A stretch of DNA of 32,000 nucleotides from positions 3,720,001 through 3,752,000 of the forward strand of contig NC_010296.1 in assembly GCF_000010625.1 (NCBI RefSeq). Reading direction: 5' to 3'. This document shows positions 24,056 to 32,000 of this stretch, piece after piece. The notes under the pieces were generated by a model. It searched no databases, was not told where the DNA came from, and worked only from the letters and a program-made list of their open reading frames with translations. How positions within the stretch are numbered: the first letter of the stretch is position 1; the number at the start of each line of letters is the position of its first letter. Both the position numbers and the translations under genes were made by a program. The stretch is from Microcystis aeruginosa NIES-843. Its GTDB lineage: Bacteria > Cyanobacteriota > Cyanobacteriia > Cyanobacteriales > Microcystaceae.

Positions 24056-26173
24056 TTAAACGTCAGCCTCTGTTAAAGCTTGAGCGAGCATTCTGGCTAG
24101 ATGGGATTTATCTTGTTGATTGTAGAGAGTAATGGCTTGACGATAGTAGGATAAGAGTTCGCGGGCATATTGGATTTGTCCATCGGCAGTTTTTAGATTA
24201 AGTAATACCCAGCCTAAATTGTGGTAGGCTTCAGGGTAGTCAGGTTTGAGTTGAATCGCCTGCTCCAGATGAGTTTTCGCTTGCTTCCATTGTCCCAATT
24301 GAGCGAGTAATGTTCCTAGTCGATAGGCAATAAAATGCTCCTCACCATTTTTCTGTAGGTAAGCTTGATAAATTTGAAGGGCCTCCGAGGGATTGTTGAG
24401 ATGCTCATGGCAAATAGCCGTATTGATAAGCACCCAGGGGGCTGCGTTGGGGTGACGACTAGCTTGTTGAAAGCAAGGAAGAGCCTGACTCCATAACCCT
24501 TGTTGAGCTTGTTTCCAACCTTTGAAACCCCAAGCAAAGGGATGGTCTTGAATTTGAGTCAGACAGTCTTGAATGCGCCGGTCTAAATCTTGGCTTTGTT
24601 GGCTAGTGGTGGCTTTGTCAAGAGCGGCAAGCAGGTAGGGATAAACCCAATATTGAATTTGTTGATTCTTTTGGGAGGGGTTTTGTTTGGATTTAGTAAT
24701 TGCTTTACTAGCAGCACCAATAGTGGCTTTAAATTGATTTTGATTGAAGGTAATCCAAGCTTGAATTCCGAGAGCAAAGAGATTGTTACTATCAAGTTTT
24801 AGGGCTGTGTTGATAGCGGATTCTGCTTCTTGCCAATGACCAATTTTACCGAATGACCAGGCTAAATTCACTTGTATCCAAAGAGCTTGAGGTGAAAGTT
24901 TAGCCCCTTTTTGTAGTTGTTGTACGGCGGATTCCCAGTTATTTTGATGGCAATATACCAAGCCTAAAACTCCGTACCCTCTACCATCATTAGGGTTTAG
25001 TTGAATTGCTTTTTGGGCAGCAATTTCAGCTTGAGTATCATTAAGATGGATTTGCAATAACGCTTGTTCAACAGCAGCTGCACCATTATTGGGTTCGTTG
25101 CTTAAACATTTCTCGTAACTTTGAACTGCTTCGACAAGTTTTCCTTGTTTAACTAACTCTCTTGCTTTTTTTTGTAAAGGAGAAACAAATTGACCTTTGA
25201 GCGCATCAATCAGTTCGTCAGCAGTTTGGAAACGATCCTCAACATTAATTCTCATTCCAGTTAGGATAACAGTTTCCATTAAATTAGAAATATCTGGATT
25301 GAGTTGTCGGGGTGGAATGAGAGGATCTGATGAACGTTGCTGCAATAATGCACTAGCTCTATCCGGTGCTTCAATTGGTAATTGTCCGGTTAAAAGTTCA
25401 TAGATTGAAGCACAAAAAGCATAAAAATCCGTGGCAGGAAAACGTTTACTCCTTTGACTATATTGTTCATAAGGAGCATAACCCGGGGTTAAGGTTCTGG
25501 TCATGTCTCCTGTTTGACCGGCGATAAATTCTCTCGCTGCACCAAAGTCAATTAAAATCGCTTTATCTTGAGGATCAATTAAAATATTGTCAGGTTTAAT
25601 ATCCCGGTGTAAAAAATTATTATTGTGGACGGTTTTTAAGGCATCAGCAATTTGCATAAAATAGCGTTTAACTCGCTCTTCAGTTAGCTTTTTTTCTTGG
25701 GTCAGGATTTTAAAAAGAGATTTTCCCGCAATAAATTCCATGACAATATAAACTGTATCGTTTTCGTCAAACCAATCATAAATTTTAGGGATATTGGCAT
25801 GATGACATTTTTGTTGATGGCTGGCTTCTAGCTTAAATTTACTGGTTTGTTGTCGTTTTATTTGAGGAGAAATAGAGGCAGGCCAAATAACTTTATTTCC
25901 TTGTCTAGCGGATTTTTCTGGCCAAAGTTCTTTGATAGCCACAGGAGCATTATTCGCTCGATAAATTCCTTTATAGGTAATGCCAAATCCCCCTTCACCT
26001 AAAACTTGTTCGATCTGATATTGTCCCTGTTTGAGTAAAGTTCCGATGCTGAGATGATGGAGTGATATGGTAGTTTTGTTAGGGGATACAGGGGTGAGAT
26101 TAAAACCACAACTAATACATTGTTGTGTTCCATCAGGGTTATCAGTTAGACAGCTTGGACAGAGGATAGACAT
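24056..26173 (-). CDS. Ser/Thr protein kinase with an N-terminal zinc ribbon and C-terminal TPR repeats
   Basis: CPSC...CISCG forms a zinc ribbon. Kinase motifs are GEGGFGITYKG, VAIKEL, HRDIKPDNILI, DFGAAR and GYAPYEQ. The C-terminal half has repeated TPR-like A..Y...L...P motifs. Confidence 0.9.
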   Translation of the reverse strand: MSILCPSCLTDNPDGTQQCISCGFNLTPVSPNKTTISLHHLSIGTLLKQGQYQIEQVLGEGGFGITYKGIYRANNAPVAIKELWPEKSARQGNKVIWPASISPQIKRQQTSKFKLEASHQQKCHHANIPKIYDWFDENDTVYIVMEFIAGKSLFKILTQEKKLTEERVKRYFMQIADALKTVHNNNFLHRDIKPDNILIDPQDKAILIDFGAAREFIAGQTGDMTRTLTPGYAPYEQYSQRSKRFPATDFYAFCASIYELLTGQLPIEAPDRASALLQQRSSDPLIPPRQLNPDISNLMETVILTGMRINVEDRFQTADELIDALKGQFVSPLQKKARELVKQGKLVEAVQSYEKCLSNEPNNGAAAVEQALLQIHLNDTQAEIAAQKAIQLNPNDGRGYGVLGLVYCHQNNWESAVQQLQKGAKLSPQALWIQVNLAWSFGKIGHWQEAESAINTALKLDSNNLFALGIQAWITFNQNQFKATIGAASKAITKSKQNPSQKNQQIQYWVYPYLLAALDKATTSQQSQDLDRRIQDCLTQIQDHPFAWGFKGWKQAQQGLWSQALPCFQQASRHPNAAPWVLINTAICHEHLNNPSEALQIYQAYLQKNGEEHFIAYRLGTLLAQLGQWKQAKTHLEQAIQLKPDYPEAYHNLGWVLLNLKTADGQIQYARELLSYYRQAITLYNQQDKSHLARMLAQALTEADV

Positions 26174-26284
26174 ATTTTTATTGTCTTTGAGACTTATAAT
26201 TATTGTTGGTTAGGGAAGTTACTCTCATCATTTTCTCTTGCTTCTCTATTTTGAGATTTTTGTTCATCTTCTGAATGATTTACT

Positions 26285-28108
26285 TTAAGTGCCAGAAGTC
26301 ATAAAACATTGCATAGCTAAAAGCGTTGCATTATCGGTTGCTCCTTGATTAATAACTCTTTGAATGGTTTGATCAACTGCCATTTGTAAAGATTCAAATT
26401 GACTAAAAATTTCTGCCAGTTCCTGAGTCGGTACTAAATCCCAAACTCCGTCAGAACAGAGAAGTAAAATATCTTCATTTTCTAAAGTCATTGATAAATT
26501 GCCAGTGGTGCGAGTTAAATTCTGCACATAGCCTTCACTTAAATGTTTTTTTGAACCGATAGATTTGAGTAAGACATTTCGATCTGGATGGGTTAAACTT
26601 TCCTCTTCTGTTATTTCACCGTTAGCCACTAACATAGCTACCAGTGAATGATCTTCACTTAGTTGTTTAATTTTTCCTTGTCGTATTAAATAAATTCGAC
26701 TATCTCCCACATGGGCTATCATTAAGCTATCATTGATCGCTAATACAACACTTAAAGTTGTTCCGCCATTACGAACAGTATCAGCAATAGATATGTTGGC
26801 TTTTTGAAATAAATTAAGTAGCCATTCATTACGCTGTTCTCCTGTTTTAAATTCTGGAGGAAGGGAGTCTTGTAATATAGTTTTAACAGCAATTTGACTA
26901 GCTACTTCTCCTTGGGACATTCCTCCCATACCGTCAGCTACAACGCCTAAAATAAGGGTTTCTGAATTACTGAGGTGTTGTTGTCTTACACCGTAGTTAT
27001 CTTCATTTTGTAGGCGTTCTGTTGAAAGTCCAACGGTTGAATAACTGGCAATATTCCACTGCACTTTCAGACTTCGTAGTGAATGGCGAGTTTCGATTAA
27101 TAAGCTGAGAAATTGAGCCAGGGGAAAGCGTTCTTCTGGAAGAGAGGACAAGGCAATTTTCAGCAGTTGATAAAGACGCGGAATCGGAGCAATTTCTAAA
27201 CTAATAATCTGGTCAGATTGAGGTAATTTTTTATGGGTAGTTTGATACAATAAAGCGGCGATAGTATAACTGCTCATTGATTCATTGATAGAGCGACTTG
27301 CCGCAAGTTCAGGAGCGCAATAATCTCCGATAACACCAGAAGTCAGGCTTTCTTCAATTGAGTAAGCGCAGGTTAAGTCAAAGATTTTGAGGGGTTTGTC
27401 TATTTCTATAAACTGGGGAAGCAGGTTGATTAAATACCAGTTTTGTTTAGCTATATAAGAAAATAACTGACAAACTTGAATCACTAACGTTAGTGCTTCT
27501 TCTTGAGAATGTTCTGCTTTTAGCCAAGCTTCTAAAGTCAAGTTTTCTTGAGGAAATCGCGTTAACAGAAGAAGTTTTTCTGGTTTCGTCTCGTTTTCGA
27601 CTGCTGTTTCTGGGTAGTATTCTTCTTCTAAATAGTCTGTTTCTGCGGACTGATTTTCTCCAGAATCATCATCTTTTGTTGAAGTAATATTGACAAATTC
27701 AGAATCTTCCGAGACTATTTGTTCAGTGGCAATATCTTCATTTTGTTTTTCATCTACCTCCTGGGATTTTTCCTTGATTGATAGGGGATTAATAATAGCT
27801 GAATCTACTTGAATATCAGCGATAAGTGGAGCGATTAAGCTGTAGTTTTGAAGAATTTTTCTCAGTTGCAGTTCCCGATCGAGACTACTATTAAGAGAGC
27901 CGACACGCAAAAGTCCCAATTGAGAAGATGTTTCGCCCTTTTCCCCATCGAGATCGGCAATGGGTTGAAACTTGACTTTGAAGTAATAAACATCTGCGGT
28001 TAATAACCCTAGATAGGCGATAATTTCTATCTGATAATCTGCCATAGAAAAAGATTCTTTTTCTTGAATAAGCAGGGGGGAGAAGTTTTCTGTCGATGGT
28101 GAAGTCAT
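26285..28108 (-). CDS. Fusion of a pseudokinase-like N-domain to a PP2C-family Ser/Thr phosphatase
   Basis: PP2C motifs are GVVADGMGGMSQGEVAS, AHVGDSRIY, LLLCSDGVWD and GATDNATLLAM. The N-terminal half follows the kinase layout: NWYLINLLPQFIEI replaces HRDxKxxN, KIFDLTCAY replaces DFG, and YCAPELA is retained. The catalytic residues are missing. Confidence 0.85.
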   Translation of the reverse strand: MTSPSTENFSPLLIQEKESFSMADYQIEIIAYLGLLTADVYYFKVKFQPIADLDGEKGETSSQLGLLRVGSLNSSLDRELQLRKILQNYSLIAPLIADIQVDSAIINPLSIKEKSQEVDEKQNEDIATEQIVSEDSEFVNITSTKDDDSGENQSAETDYLEEEYYPETAVENETKPEKLLLLTRFPQENLTLEAWLKAEHSQEEALTLVIQVCQLFSYIAKQNWYLINLLPQFIEIDKPLKIFDLTCAYSIEESLTSGVIGDYCAPELAASRSINESMSSYTIAALLYQTTHKKLPQSDQIISLEIAPIPRLYQLLKIALSSLPEERFPLAQFLSLLIETRHSLRSLKVQWNIASYSTVGLSTERLQNEDNYGVRQQHLSNSETLILGVVADGMGGMSQGEVASQIAVKTILQDSLPPEFKTGEQRNEWLLNLFQKANISIADTVRNGGTTLSVVLAINDSLMIAHVGDSRIYLIRQGKIKQLSEDHSLVAMLVANGEITEEESLTHPDRNVLLKSIGSKKHLSEGYVQNLTRTTGNLSMTLENEDILLLCSDGVWDLVPTQELAEIFSQFESLQMAVDQTIQRVINQGATDNATLLAMQCFMTSGT

Positions 28109-28172
28109 GAGAGGCAGCCATTAAAACTTTAGTCGAACACAATCGGGGTGGGGCTAACCACCCCAAGAAATG

Positions 28173-28736
28173 TTAAGGAGTTTGGAAAAGAAAGCGAATT
28201 TTAGCGATCGCAATCTCATCACCAGAACTGAGAGGGGTCGGAGCAGTTATTCTGGCGTTAAAGCGAGTTTGACCGATGGGTTTAATAAAAACCCCATTCA
28301 GAGAACCGAGGTCTTTAATTTTCCAAGTTCCTCCATCGGGATAAATTTCCGCATGGTTGCGGGAAACGGTTTCGTTATCGGGGAATTTTTCTAAGTCCAC
28401 ATCCACAGGTCCGGTGTCCGAGTCAAAGATGCCAATCAAGGTAAAACCATCAATGAAAAATTCAGCAACCGGGGCGTTAGGGTGCTTGGCAATCAGTCGG
28501 GCCGTTGTTGTTATTGCCGGAGTAATCGGTTGGGGCAGCGGTTCCGGCGTGAGTGTTATCGTCTCGGCAATCGGTTGGGGAATTGGCATGGGTGTGGGTT
28601 CTGGGATGGGATCGGGGATGACAGGTGTGGGAGGTGTAGGTGGTGTCGATGGGGTCAATTCTGCACCACAAGCATCACAGTATTCTGCTCCCTGGGGGTT
28701 TTGATCGTAGCCACAAACTTTGCAAACAATAGCCAT
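28173..28736 (-). CDS. FHA-domain protein with an N-terminal zinc ribbon and a Pro-rich linker
   Basis: CKVCG...CDACG forms a zinc ribbon. The linker is TPPTPPTPVIPDPIPEPTPMPIPQP. The FHA core is TLIGIFD...VDLEKFPDNETVSRNHAEIYPDGGTWKIKDLGSLNGVFI. Confidence 0.85.
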   Translation of the reverse strand: MAIVCKVCGYDQNPQGAEYCDACGAELTPSTPPTPPTPVIPDPIPEPTPMPIPQPIAETITLTPEPLPQPITPAITTTARLIAKHPNAPVAEFFIDGFTLIGIFDSDTGPVDVDLEKFPDNETVSRNHAEIYPDGGTWKIKDLGSLNGVFIKPIGQTRFNARITAPTPLSSGDEIAIAKIRFLFQTP

Positions 28737-28824
28737 TGGTTTTTCTCCTTTTTGAGGGATATAAGAGGAATTAATTAGATTGAAATTAATCTTACTGTTG
28801 CCTGACTCGGTGCCAGAAGTCTGC

Positions 28825-30207
28825 TCAAGTACCGGTTAGTTTCCGAATAGTTTCTTCCGAGAGATCGTCGTTGAGGTCATCGCCCATCTTGACAGTTTTT
28901 CCTCTCGATCCCATTTTCACGGTTTTGCGAGTTCCAGAGGAAATCTGACGAGTTTTTCGCAATTCTTCAATCCCTTCATTGAGAGATTCGAGCATAGCAT
29001 CATTGCCAATTTGAACTGTGATACGACGGGCAGTTTCCAGGAGTTTTTCAGCTTGTTGGGGGTTACTCTCTGCCATGCGGGTTGCGTCGTCAACTAATTG
29101 GGAAATATTGCGTTGTTGAACGTATCCCATAACTTCTTGATCGACCTGCGCTGTCCCCCCCTGTCCAGGCACAAACTGGACAACAACGTTCTGCGGTAGT
29201 AATTCCCCCCGTCGGTTTAAGCCAGGAATGTCATAAGTCAAGCCCAGTTGAGCCAGACGAATTTTTGAACTAGGACGACTATCGATAGCAAATTCTAAGA
29301 TGAAGATGGTTTCATCCTTTGCTTTGGCGGCACCAATGGGATAGGGAGCTTGATTTAAGGAAAATTCTGCCAAATCGGGATAAACACGGGTAAGGCGCAG
29401 CAGTTTGACTCCCTGAACAGTTTTTAAGCTGAGGACAAGATTGTTAATTACTTCTTGCTGGGCTTGCTGATAGTCTGCCAGTAGAAGGTTAGGAAGATCG
29501 GTAATAGAAACATCGTTACCACTAGCCGTTCCTGGAACAATGTGACGGCAATGCCCTCCCGTCTTGCCGCTTATGTCTGTGAGCAAGTTTTCGTTAAACT
29601 CGCCCACACCCAGGGCCGTAATCGAAATCCCTTGACTGGCAAATTGTTGGGCTAAGTTTTGGCAATCATCTTCATCAAAGGTGTCGCCATCGGTAAAAAT
29701 CATGGTATGGCGGCTAGTCATGCTTTGATTAGCTAGGAGAGCAAGGGCTTGATTAATGCCTCTCCCCATACAAGTTCCACCGCTAAAATTTCGCAGTTTT
29801 GCGATCGCATCTTCCAGTTGACGGGTTTGGGTAACTGGTGTTAAGCCAATCAGAGTAGAGGCTTGATCGTCAAATTGGATCAGAGCAATCCGATCTTCCG
29901 GGGTGAAGCGTCCTGAATTAATCAGGGTGCGAAGCGACTCAATAACCATGTCGATTTTGGCAATGCCGCCCACCACTCTCGTGTATTCCTTCCCATCTTG
30001 CATATAAGTTTCACCGGTGGGTTGAAAATCGCCGGCCACAATTTCGTACATCGAGCCACTGGTGTCAATTAGAAAGACAAAGGTAGTAGAAGGACGGGTT
30101 TGAGCGACTTCTTGGGTTGGTCGCAACTTCAGCATAATAAACAGTCGCTGATCTGGAGTATCGGCCGGTAAAAATTCTCGATGGGGGGTAATAGATACGT
30201 TAAGCAT
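28825..30207 (-). CDS. Cytoplasmic vWA-domain protein (TerY-like) with a C-terminal tandem KTVKMG motif
   Basis: It has the MIDAS motif FVFLIDTSGSM and later MIFTDGDTFDEDD. No signal peptide or TM helix is evident. The tail reads RKTVKMGSRGKTVKMG. Confidence 0.85.
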   Translation of the reverse strand: MLNVSITPHREFLPADTPDQRLFIMLKLRPTQEVAQTRPSTTFVFLIDTSGSMYEIVAGDFQPTGETYMQDGKEYTRVVGGIAKIDMVIESLRTLINSGRFTPEDRIALIQFDDQASTLIGLTPVTQTRQLEDAIAKLRNFSGGTCMGRGINQALALLANQSMTSRHTMIFTDGDTFDEDDCQNLAQQFASQGISITALGVGEFNENLLTDISGKTGGHCRHIVPGTASGNDVSITDLPNLLLADYQQAQQEVINNLVLSLKTVQGVKLLRLTRVYPDLAEFSLNQAPYPIGAAKAKDETIFILEFAIDSRPSSKIRLAQLGLTYDIPGLNRRGELLPQNVVVQFVPGQGGTAQVDQEVMGYVQQRNISQLVDDATRMAESNPQQAEKLLETARRITVQIGNDAMLESLNEGIEELRKTRQISSGTRKTVKMGSRGKTVKMGDDLNDDLSEETIRKLTGT

Positions 30208-30230
30208 TAAAATTTCCTTCAGAGAATAGG

Positions 30231-30635
30231 TTAAGTGTTGAAAATGTCTTCTAAAGGGGGAAACATTCCCTCCATGGGTTCTATAGCCCCTAAATCGGGG
30301 GTAAAAACAGGGGGTAACTCTTGATTTCCTTCGTCTTGGATGTTTTCAAGGTTCGACTCGCTCAGTAGGGGTAAATCTAGGGTCAGGACAGTTTCTCGAT
30401 AGCCTTCTCGGATATCTTCGACCCAAGCGGCGATAATTTGATTGAGACGGTGATCGTTGATAGAGCATGAGCTTCTTGCTTGAAAATGTTTTCGGATTGC
30501 TTGGCGAATTTCCTTGGTGAAGATAGTTTCAGGATTATTTTCCTGATCGGCGGTTAGATCTAGAGGATAATCATATCTTTCTGGCGAATTTTTCAGGTTA
30601 AGAAAGAATTTATAGACTACCATTTGGGCAACCAA
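30231..30635 (-). CDS. Small acidic hypothetical protein
   Basis: The 134-aa ORF is wedged between two vWA genes. The start is TTG 30635 or, more likely, ATG 30623. I recognised no motif. Confidence 0.5.
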   Translation of the reverse strand: MVAQMVVYKFFLNLKNSPERYDYPLDLTADQENNPETIFTKEIRQAIRKHFQARSSCSINDHRLNQIIAAWVEDIREGYRETVLTLDLPLLSESNLENIQDEGNQELPPVFTPDLGAIEPMEGMFPPLEDIFNT

Positions 30636-30642
30636 AATAAGA

Positions 30643-32000
30643 TTAATGAGTTGATATTATTCGATTGGACGGTTCGGGCGATGTTTTTACCTCCAGCGTA
30701 ATCTGTCCAAATTTCCGGCGATCACCATCCTTTAATTGATGCTCTAGTTTTTTCATCCCCTTGGCTTGTCCATAGGACGAGTTATACTGCATGATAATGT
30801 TTTCCCCTTTTTGAAAAACCTGAGCCGTGATCGGGGCATAACCCTGTTTTTTGGGTAAGTAAATATTGGCTTCCGAGGAACTGCCCAAAATGATCGGGCG
30901 AGAGCCTAATAAAAATTCTCGTTGTTCCGTAGGACTCCAATGCACGATCAGTTTAGCTTGTCGAGTCAGCAGTTCCAAAAGAGCGATCATCATGCCAATA
31001 CAAAAACCCAAAATCGCTGAACCCGCTAAACGTCCGGCCATCTCATTACTCGCTCCAGCTTGCAAAACAAAACCCATTCCTCCCATCGCGCCACCGAGAA
31101 ACCCGCCCAATACCGCCCTGCCGATTTTCAGATTGGGGACAAAACGAGCCATGCCGCCGCCAAGCATTGTCCCTAAAATCGTCCAACCCAGAAGTGGCCC
31201 CCCTGGGGCAAGGGTGGGAATGCTTTGAATGAGAAAACGAGAGACAAGGAGTCCTGAGCTACCGGCAACCAATCCAGCAACGATTCCCCCCACTGTACCG
31301 ATGCTTGTCTCGCCCAGGGAAAGAAGGCGGCGGCGACGTTGATAGAGGTTCTGCCCGACAATTAACGCTAAAGAAGCACCCACAGACAGGATAGCCGTCC
31401 AGCCACCCGTCCGCAAGGCATCATAGATAAATCTAAATTGAGGGGTTTGCAGTTGATTTTTAGGAAGAGATTGGCTCAGTAAAGTGTATAAAATTCCTTG
31501 ATTTTGCTTTTGTTCTCCGATCAGCTGCGAATCATAGATGAGTTTTGCCGCAGATTGAAAGGCTTGGTCAAATTCTCCGGAATTAGCATAGAAGACTTTT
31601 TTATCTTCTCCCGTCAGTTGAGTCAGAAAGTTTTGATCGGCATCTCCTGTTCCGACGGCAATAATATTGATTTTTTGGCTCAGAGCAGTTTGACCGATGT
31701 TTAGGGTCGCCTCTACAATCGGTTGGCGATCTTCTTCTTTCAGGGTTGTTTCAGCGATGGCTTTACCGATGGTGGGGAGTACACTTTCAAATCCTTGTCG
31801 TCCTGCGGCGGTTTCACCGAGTAAGAAGGTTTCTCCAGGTGCGGAGAGTTGCAGTTGTTCAAAAGTAGCGCGATCATCAGGTTGAATGACTAAGTGCAGT
31901 TGAGCAATTTGATTTTCCTTTAAAACATTAGTGGTTGCTTCTAAAGAAGGAATTTCTCGATCGGGTATTAAAGGAGGAGCATCAGTAATCAGCAGTATGA
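30643..32000 (-). CDS. Fusion protein of a vWA domain, a polytopic membrane region and an FHA-like domain, 5'-truncated by the window edge
   Basis: My own translation of the minus strand from 32000 stays open and in frame into track ORF 30643-31416. It reads ILLITDAPPLIPD...INIIAVGTGDADQNFLTQLTGEDKKVFYANSGEFDQAF...FIYDALRTGGWTAILSV.... The track's M is an internal TTG. The TM and FHA-like part resembles the protein at 9113-10219. Confidence 0.7.
   Translation of the reverse strand, partial: ILLITDAPPLIPDREIPSLEATTNVLKENQIAQLHLVIQPDDRATFEQLQLSAPGETFLLGETAAGRQGFESVLPTIGKAIAETTLKEEDRQPIVEATLNIGQTALSQKINIIAVGTGDADQNFLTQLTGEDKKVFYANSGEFDQAFQSAAKLIYDSQLIGEQKQNQGILYTLLSQSLPKNQLQTPQFRFIYDALRTGGWTAILSVGASLALIVGQNLYQRRRRLLSLGETSIGTVGGIVAGLVAGSSGLLVSRFLIQSIPTLAPGGPLLGWTILGTMLGGGMARFVPNLKIGRAVLGGFLGGAMGGMGFVLQAGASNEMAGRLAGSAILGFCIGMMIALLELLTRQAKLIVHWSPTEQREFLLGSRPIILGSSSEANIYLPKKQGYAPITAQVFQKGENIIMQYNSSYGQAKGMKKLEHQLKDGDRRKFGQITLEVKTSPEPSNRIISTH

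Noticed and set aside
24316-28166. Shadow ORFs inside the kinase and PP2C genes: 24316-24537, 24583-24795, 24590-24802, 25197-25403, 27493-27687 and 27891-28166
   Set aside because: They are embedded in genes with complete catalytic motif sets and have no independent support.
28170-28778. Four overlapping ORFs (28170-28394, 28357-28704, 28477-28671 and 28482-28778) around the zinc-ribbon FHA gene
   Set aside because: The Pro/Thr-rich linker (repetitive CCN/ACN codons) keeps several frames open by composition. Only the 187-aa minus-strand frame has the zinc-ribbon and FHA motifs.
30866-31885. ORFs 30866-31228, 31173-31361, 31498-31704 and 31697-31885
   Set aside because: They are shadows of the long minus-strand vWA-TM-FHA reading frame that continues to the window edge.
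1-32000. Search for tRNA, rRNA, tmRNA, CRISPR arrays, integrases or transposases, and prophage genes
   Set aside because: I saw no cloverleaf-like or rRNA-like conserved stretches, no repeat-spacer arrays, and no DDE, tyrosine-recombinase or serine-recombinase motifs in any long ORF. This was by-eye inspection only, so small RNAs may have been missed.

Overview
The window is almost certainly cyanobacterial chromosome. It carries seven perfect HIP1 GCGATCGC sites by eye, cyanobacteria-restricted families that look like DUF3038, DUF4335 and DUF1822, and Microcystis-like intergenic repeats. I recognised no rRNA, tRNA, CRISPR array or transposase.

Gene content by region:
- 1-5.3 kb holds housekeeping and small accessory genes: a higBA toxin-antitoxin pair, a DUF4335/DUF3038 pair, apt, an OppB/DppB-type ABC permease, and an RmlD-like reductase.
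- 5.5-17.8 kb (minus strand) is the main point of interest. It is a tightly packed nine-gene block:
  - three paralogous small P-loop GTPases;
  - two tandemly duplicated 866/769-aa single-pass membrane proteins, with the duplication junction still visible;
  - a polytopic membrane protein with a degenerate FHA domain;
  - an exported vWA protein;
  - a lipoprotein with an ARC6-IMS/DUF4101-like domain;
  - a membrane-anchored class-A-beta-lactamase-like hydrolase.
  I cannot match this composition to any characterised system. I flag it as a candidate envelope-spanning GTPase system.
- 18.1-19.7 kb is transcribed divergently from that block and encodes an ECF-like sigma factor plus a DUF1822-like protein.
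- 19.8-23.7 kb looks recombination-scarred and defence-island-like. It holds a 4-TM (S-4TM-like) protein, a minimal nucleotidyltransferase, a chimeric ORF carrying a partial sigma-factor duplicate, and a CHAT-type protease gene split by one in-frame TAA.
- 24-32 kb (minus strand) is a vWA/FHA/PP2C/Ser-Thr-kinase signalling cluster resembling the TerY-P triad. It includes a pseudokinase-PP2C fusion and a vWA-TM-FHA gene that runs off the window edge.

All family names come from motif recognition by eye. No searches were run.
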